From: Squalus acanthias
Lineage: Eukaryota
NCBI GenBank assembly: GCA_030390025.1
Contig: CM059426.1
Span: 60,078,001 to 60,142,000, forward strand
Direction of reading: 5' to 3'
Length of the DNA: 64,000 nucleotides
In this document: in pieces, positions 57,766-64,000 of the stretch
How positions within the stretch are numbered: the first letter of the stretch is position 1
How the letters are laid out: every line of letters starts with the position of its first letter
The notes under the pieces: generated by a model
Database searches by the model: none
The model's input: the letters and a program-made list of their open reading frames with translations, nothing else
Told to the model about the DNA's origin: nothing
Made by a program: the position numbers and the translations under genes

Positions 57766-59319
57766 ACCTTTAACATAATAAAGCGTCCCAAGGCGATTCA
57801 CAGGAGTGTTATAAAATGAAATTTGACACGAGCCACATAAGGAGATATTAGGACAGATGATCTAAAGTTTGGTCAAAGAATTTAAGGAGTGTCTTAAAGG
57901 AGAGAGAGGTAGAGGCAGAGAGGTTTTGGGAATTCCAGAGCTTAGGGCCTAGGCAGCTGAAGACACAGCCACCCATGGTAGAGCAATTAAAGTCGGGGAT
58001 GCGCAAGAGGCCAGAATTGGAGCAGCGGAGAGATCTCGGAGGATTGTAGGTCTGGAGGAGGGTACAGAGATAGGGAGGGGTGAGGCCATGAAGGGATTTG
58101 AAGACAAGGATGAGAATTTTAAAATTGAGGTGTTGCCACATTATGGTTCTGAATGAGGATAAACTTTCTCGACAAACCTCAGACCTCTAGTGGGATTTTC
58201 AGCAGCCTAGCAACTAAGAATTGAATCAGCCTTACTTGTGATAGTGGTTTTTTAACAATTACAATTTAAGCTTAAATATAAAAATTAATAAAACCCAAAT
58301 AATTAATTGACATAAAATTATTTACACATTTGTTGCATTAGTAAAGTGGGCAGTGAGGAGCTGAGGAATAACAATTTTATTCCACTGATGAGAAGATAAT
58401 TGTAACACATGAAATAAACTGAATATTCCATTGGTTTCCATTTTGTATTATTTATATTTCAAATGTTTATGCGTTATTTTCCACCAAACTATTTAAAATC
58501 TATTCTTTTCTGGTTCCAGGGTAAATAAAAGTTACCTTTACTTAAATATATATTTAATTGTTTAGGAAAATGACACATGCGGGAAAACGTAAATGACTTT
58601 AACCTTATCATTGATTTAAACAATAGAATGTGTGTGGACTGTCTTGGTAAATTGAGGCTAGGCTGACTGATTAAAGGAGGAGAGCACAGGCCAAGTCAAT
58701 CAATATACCAGTCTACTCTTAGTTTAGCAATTATATTCACAAATTCCATTATTGGTATTCAATCAAACCATAAATAATCTTGTTACGACTTAACTTCTGT
58801 TTTTTTCTATCTGATACTTTCCAGCTATGCCTTCAGTGAATCTATTCTGTGATGATGCCACACCACTTGTATGTATGTTGACGTGCGATGGACAACTTAA
58901 CTTTAACGTAATAAAGGAAAGTCCATGGCCTGGCCTGGATAGTCCAGTGAATGATAATTTGTATATTTCGCAATGTCCATCAGTAAATAAAATGACTGTG
59001 TCCTTTGCGCCAGCACTTGTGGTAATGCCTGGTGTTAATTTGGGGTGTTGGTACACTGGAAAGAGCAGGCTTCCTCTCCACCTAGAAAATAAGTCATTCT
59101 ATCTGCCCTGATTCAATTATAATAGTGAAAAAAATAATTTCCTCAATAGGATAAACTCCAACTGTGCATTTTCAGAACACTCAGAAGGGGATATCAAACA
59201 TATTTTGATGTTTCTATATCTGACCTGAACTTTGACGCAGACTTGGGGATTAAACTCTTCCTGATAATAATTTTAACAAGAAATCAGTGTGAGTACAAGA
59301 AGGGATTTCCCGTTTAGAA

Positions 59320-59548
59320 TCCACGGAATTACAAATTTTACAGCACAAAAACTGGTCATTCGGTCCAACAGGTCCATGCTGGTGTTTATGCTCCACACGC
59401 TCCTCCTCTCACCCTCCTTCATCTCACCCTATCACCGTATCCTTCTATCACTTTCTCCCTCATGTACTTATCTAGCTTCACCTTAAATGCATCTCTGCTA
59501 TTTTTTAACCATTCCATGTGGTAGTGAGCTCCACATTCTCACCAACTA
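59320..59548 (-). mobile_element. CR1-type 3' tail fragment
   Basis: TACAGCACAAAAACTGGTCATTCGGTCCAAC..ATGCATCT..CCACATTCTCACCA. Confidence 0.75.
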
Positions 59549-59593
59549 TTATACTGAAATTACTGAAAGGAGGGATTTCATGCTGGGACATTT

Positions 59594-60866
59594 GGGCCGG
59601 AATTTTCCTGGTATCGAGCGTGTGGGTTTGGAGGCAGGTCAGCAGTTATAAGCACGGAAATTGACAGCGCGTCGGGAACCCGCTGTCATCCCGCCGACTT
59701 CCGCATTTAACTCAGGCGCGTTTTGAGGTGCGCCACAGAACTGCTCGGGCGACCTCATTGAGGTCACTAACTGCTGTTTGAGAGACCCTTAACTGCCTTT
59801 TTAACATCAGGTTTTGGCTTTAACGTCCTGCGCACGGGATTTACCTACCTTGGGAACCTCGCCTGTGAAGGGGAGGTGGAAGCTCAGTGGCCATTGTGCG
59901 AGTTCATTAAGTGACAGCTGGAAAAAACACATAAATACTCAGACCTTACACCTGCTTCCTTGCCTAAGGCAATGGCTCTGGCTGACTCCATTTTGTGCAG
60001 AGATTTAGCTTTCAGGAGTTTGCAGATCATTTCTGCAACCTCGGAAGCCACGCTCACCACATTGCTAGTCACTATCACAACATTGAAGGATTGGGCCTCT
60101 GATCTCCACTTTACCTGCCATCTATTAGATCAGCATGGGTGTCGCTTATGCTGTCTCACCTTGGACCTCAGAATCAGACCAACATGAGGCCCAGCACCAA
60201 CAATATCAGCCACACCAGCAGCAGCAGCCACAAGGGCAGCAGCAGCAGTAACCACAACAACAGCCTTCTCCTCAACGACCTGATGCTCCACACGAGAAAG
60301 GGAGTCAGCACAGGGGTGCACCGCGCCGGAGGCGATATTCCCAACACAAGGTATACAGGCAGAGGATGAGCTTCCTGGACATGACTGAACAGCAGTGCTT
60401 CAGGTGGCTCAGGCTATCGCGCCAGGTCATCGCAGATATTTGTAGCTTGCTGGAACAAGACCTGCTGCCCAGAGGACCTGGTGGACATGCCTTACCAGTG
60501 GCTGTCAAAGTCACCACCACCCTCAACTTCTTCGCCTCAGGCTCCTTCCAGGGATCTGCAGCAGACATTTGCAGGATCTCACAGTCGGCCGCCAACAGGT
60601 AACTGATGCCATGTTTCACAAGTCAGCCACTTATATGAACTTTGCCACTGATGAAGCCAGTGTTATTAAGCAGGTGCTCGGTTTTGTGGCTCTGGCTGGC
60701 TTCCCTCAGGTGCAGGGTGCCATCGACTGCACACTTGTGGCCATCAAGGCACCCACATATTACCCAGGAGTGTTTGTGAACTGGAAGGGCTTCCACTCCC
60801 TCAATGTGCAGCTCATCTGCAACTATAAAAAGATCATCATGCATGTGTGCACCAGACTCCCTGGTA
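59594..60866 (+). mobile_element. PIF/Harbinger transposon, transposase-side end, truncated
   Basis: TIR GGGCCGGAATTTTCC matching the 4344 end; transposase 5' half downstream. Confidence 0.88.
60136..60866 (+). pseudogene. Harbinger transposase 5' half (stop + frameshift)
   Basis: MGVAYAVSPW..Q-rich..[40 protein letters not shown] / [24 protein letters not shown]. Confidence 0.9.
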
Positions 60867-61255
60867 AATGTGTATTCAATCCAGACAATATGCAATAATA
60901 CATTTTGGATGTAAGAATAGGGAAAGAAAATATACCTTAAATGGTAATATTTGCAATGGAGTAGAAGAGCAGAGAGACCTTGGTGCATATATACATAGAT
61001 CATTACAGGTAGGAACACGAATAAATAAAGCCATAAAAAAGGGAAACTGATTCCTTGGGTGTAATTTTCAACTTCACTGCCTGGGCAGTTCCCTGGCAGA
61101 GGGGATCGCCTATTGATTTGAAGGGGTTGAAAATTGGGCAACTTCTATAATGGACGGGCGATCTGCTCCACCAGATTACTGCCCAGGGAGTTAAGTTGAA
61201 AATAACTCTGCCACCCACCGTTGGTTTTGCATCTAGAGGCATAGAATACAAAAGC
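60867..61255 (+). mobile_element. CR1-type RT fragment split by MITE
   Basis: IIHFGCKNRERKYTLNG..VEEQRDLGAYIHRSL; resumes ASRGIEYKS. Confidence 0.75.
61057..61208. mobile_element. Small Harbinger-type MITE
   Basis: GGGTGTAATTTTCAACTT / AAGTTGAAAATAACTC; inner CCTGGGCAGT / ACTGCCCAGG; related to 9475. Confidence 0.75.
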
Positions 61256-61257
61256 AA

Positions 61258-64000
61258 GAATATCCTTCCTCAGATAAGGAGACCAAAACTGTGCACAGTA
61301 CTCTAGGTGTGGTCTCACCAAAGCCCTGTACAATTGTAACAAGACTTCCTTACTCTTGTACTCCAACCCCCTTGCAATAAATGCCTTTTGCCTTCCTAAT
61401 TGCTTGCTGTATCTGCACACTAGCTCTCTGTGTTTCCTGTACGAGGATACCTAAATCTCTTTGAACATCAACATATAATAGTTTCTCACCATTTAAAAAA
61501 AATTCTGCTTTTCTGTTCTTCCTACTAAAGTGAATAACCTCACATTTCCCCATATTTTACTCCTTCTGCCACTTTATTGTCCTCTCACTTAACCTGTCTA
61601 TATCCCTTTGCAGTCTCTTTGTGTCCTCCTCACAGCTTACTTTCCCACCTAGCTTTGTATCATCAGCAAACTTGGATACATTACACTCGGTCCCTTCATT
61701 TAAGTCATTAATATAAATTGTGAATAGCTGAGGCCAAAGCACTGATCCTTGTGGCATCCCACTAGTTACAGCCTGCCAACCTGAAAATGACCCATTTATC
61801 CCTACTCTCTGTTTTCTGTCCGTTAAGCAATCCTCTATCCATGCTATTAAATTACTCCCAACCCATGAGCCTTTATCTTGCATAACAACCTTTTATGTGG
61901 CACTTTATCAATGCCTTTTGGAAATCCAAATATACTACATCCACTGGTTCCCATTTGTCTACCCTGCTAGTTACATCCTCAATAAACTCTAATAAATTTG
62001 TTAAACATGATTTCTCTTTCATAAAACCATGTTGACTCTGTCTAATCATATTGGGCCAGAAATTCGGCTTTCTGGCTTCCTGCGGGTGCAAGCATCGCAC
62101 GCGTACTTGCCTACCACGCCTGCAGTTGTGCTTTGGGCCCACGAGGACTTCGGCTCCTGGGCCTCCTCCAGCTACCGGCGCGCAGTACTTGCGTATCCCA
62201 GGGGCGCAGTTAGTTCGAAGCGTCCCCTGGGATCACGTGGGCCATGGAGAGCCAATCCTAACAGGGCATTTTCATTCATAGATTTGACTGGAAGACCTGT
62301 CAAATCTATGAATAGAGATCGGCCCCAAAACCACACTTAAACTTCAAATCTTTTTTTTTTAAATCACATTTTTAAAATAACTATAAGTTACATAAATTAA
62401 CTACTTTAAACAAAAATTTTAATTTTTGAAAAAATTAATTATACTTTTAACGGTGCTAAAAATAAACTTACCTTTCTTTAAAGTATCTAAAAAAGATAAA
62501 CCTGTTGAAAAAATGTTTAAATTGAAATTAATTAACCACTTACCTTGTTAAAAACAGGCCTTGCGCCTCCTTTTTAAAAGTGCAGCTTCTTCATACTTAC
62601 CCTCCCGGAGAAACCTGAAAAAAAACCTGAAGTTCGCTGCATGTGCGCAGCCTCTCCCGCGCACGCGTTCAACTTCTGAACCCCTCCCTTCAGGGGAACG
62701 GAAGTTCCGGTTTCCCGCGCATGCGCAGTGCATGCAGGAAACCGGCACTTCAGGTGGCCTTATGGGTGAGTACACAGCGCGTACTCACCCGTGGAGAGCC
62801 GAATTTCTGGCCCATTATGATTTTCTAAGTGCCCTGTCACCACTTCCTTAATAATGGATTCCAGCATTTTCCTGATAACTGGCCTGTAGTTCCGTTTTCT
62901 CTCTCCCTCCTTTCTTGAATAGTGGGGTTACAGTTGCTACCTTCCAATTCACTGGGACCGATCTTGAATCTGGGGAATTTTGGAAGATCACAACCAATGC
63001 ATCCACCATCTCTGCAGCCACCTCTTTTAGAAGCCTATGATGTAGGCCATCAGGTCCATGGGATTTGTTGGCATTTAGTCCCATTAGTTTCTCAAGTACT
63101 TTTTCTTTACTGATCTTAATTACTTTAAGTTCCTCACTCGCATTAGACCCTTGGTTCTCCATTATATTTGGTATGCTTTTTGTGTCTTCTACTCTGAAGA
63201 CAGATACAAAATATTTGTTTAAAGTCTCTGCCATTTCCTTATTCCCCTTTACAATTTCTCCCGCCTCAGCCTCTAAGGGACCAATGCTTACTTTTGCTGC
63301 TCTCTTTCTTTTTACATACTTGTAGAAGCTTTTACAACCTGTTTTTATATTTCTTGCTAGTTTACTCTCATATTCTATTTTTTCCCTTTTAATCAATTTT
63401 TTGGTCATCTTTTGCTGATTTCTAAAGCTCTCCCAATGCTCAAGCCTACTACTATTCTTATTATAAACATCTTCGTTTAACCTAATACTATCCTTAACTT
63501 CTTTAGTTAGCCACAAATCACTTTTCCCGTGGAGTTTTTATTCTTCAATGGAATGTATATTTGTTGAGAATTTTGAAATATTTCTTTCAATGTTTGCCAC
63601 TGCTTATCTACCGTCATACCTTTTAATCTAATTTCCCAATCTACCTTAGCCAACTCGCCCATCATACCTATGCAATTGACTTTATTTAAGTTTAAGATTC
63701 TAGTTTTGGATTTTAGTATTTCACTCTCAATCCCAATGTGAAATTCTATCATCTTCTGATCACTCTTCCCCAGAAGATCTTTTACTACAAGATTACTAAT
63801 TAACACAATACAAGATCTAAAATAGCCTGTCCCCTGGTTGGTTCCAAGATGTATTATTCTAGGAAACTGTCTTGAATGCATTCCATGAACTTGTTGTCCA
63901 GACTACCTTTGCCAATTTGATTTGCCCAGTCTATATGAAGATTAAAGTCCCCCACAATTATTGAATTACCTTTGTTACAAGCTCCTATTATTTGTTGATT
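61258..64000 (-). mobile_element. CR1-type LINE ORF2 (EN-RT), degenerate, runs off window
   Basis: [88 protein letters not shown]. Confidence 0.95.
62053..62813. mobile_element. Young Harbinger-type MITE (761 bp)
   Basis: Perfect 17-bp TIR GGGCCAGAAATTCGGCT; TSD ATT (62050-62052, 62814-62816); interrupts CR1 RT. Confidence 0.93.

Larger units (their letters stand above)
57486..58139 (-). mobile_element. L2 LINE 3' end with PLE insertion in its tail
   Basis: QHLNFKILILVFKSLHGLTPPYL..PKLWNS; (TTG)n tail at 57487. Confidence 0.9.

Overview
Eukaryotic, repeat-dominated window, most likely from a cartilaginous fish (shark). This is inferred from the DeuSINE/SacSINE1-like, AmnSINE2-like, CR1, L2 and Penelope repeat content. 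I cannot support any host protein-coding gene; the window looks like a large intron or gene desert with AT-rich unique islands. Contents: many CR1/L2-group LINE fragments, a Vingi/Ingi-like 3' end, SINEs and a probable 1.4-kb solo LTR. There are also four PIF/Harbinger transposon copies or derivatives (DDE transposase and/or the convergent, intron-containing Myb/SANT gene), about 15 Harbinger-type MITEs, and pogo- and hAT-type MITEs. The most striking signal is a young family of tiny (170-240 bp) fold-back Penelope-like insertions in three copies (320, 45458, 57528). Each has a 12-15 bp target-site duplication, near-perfect 65-102 bp inverted arms, a fixed ~38-nt unpaired tail and a minimal hammerhead ribozyme motif (complete in two copies, with a covarying stem). 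A second, older hammerhead-bearing Penelope family shows the same inverted architecture. All family assignments come from motif recognition by eye, not database searches. Boundaries of degenerate repeats are approximate.
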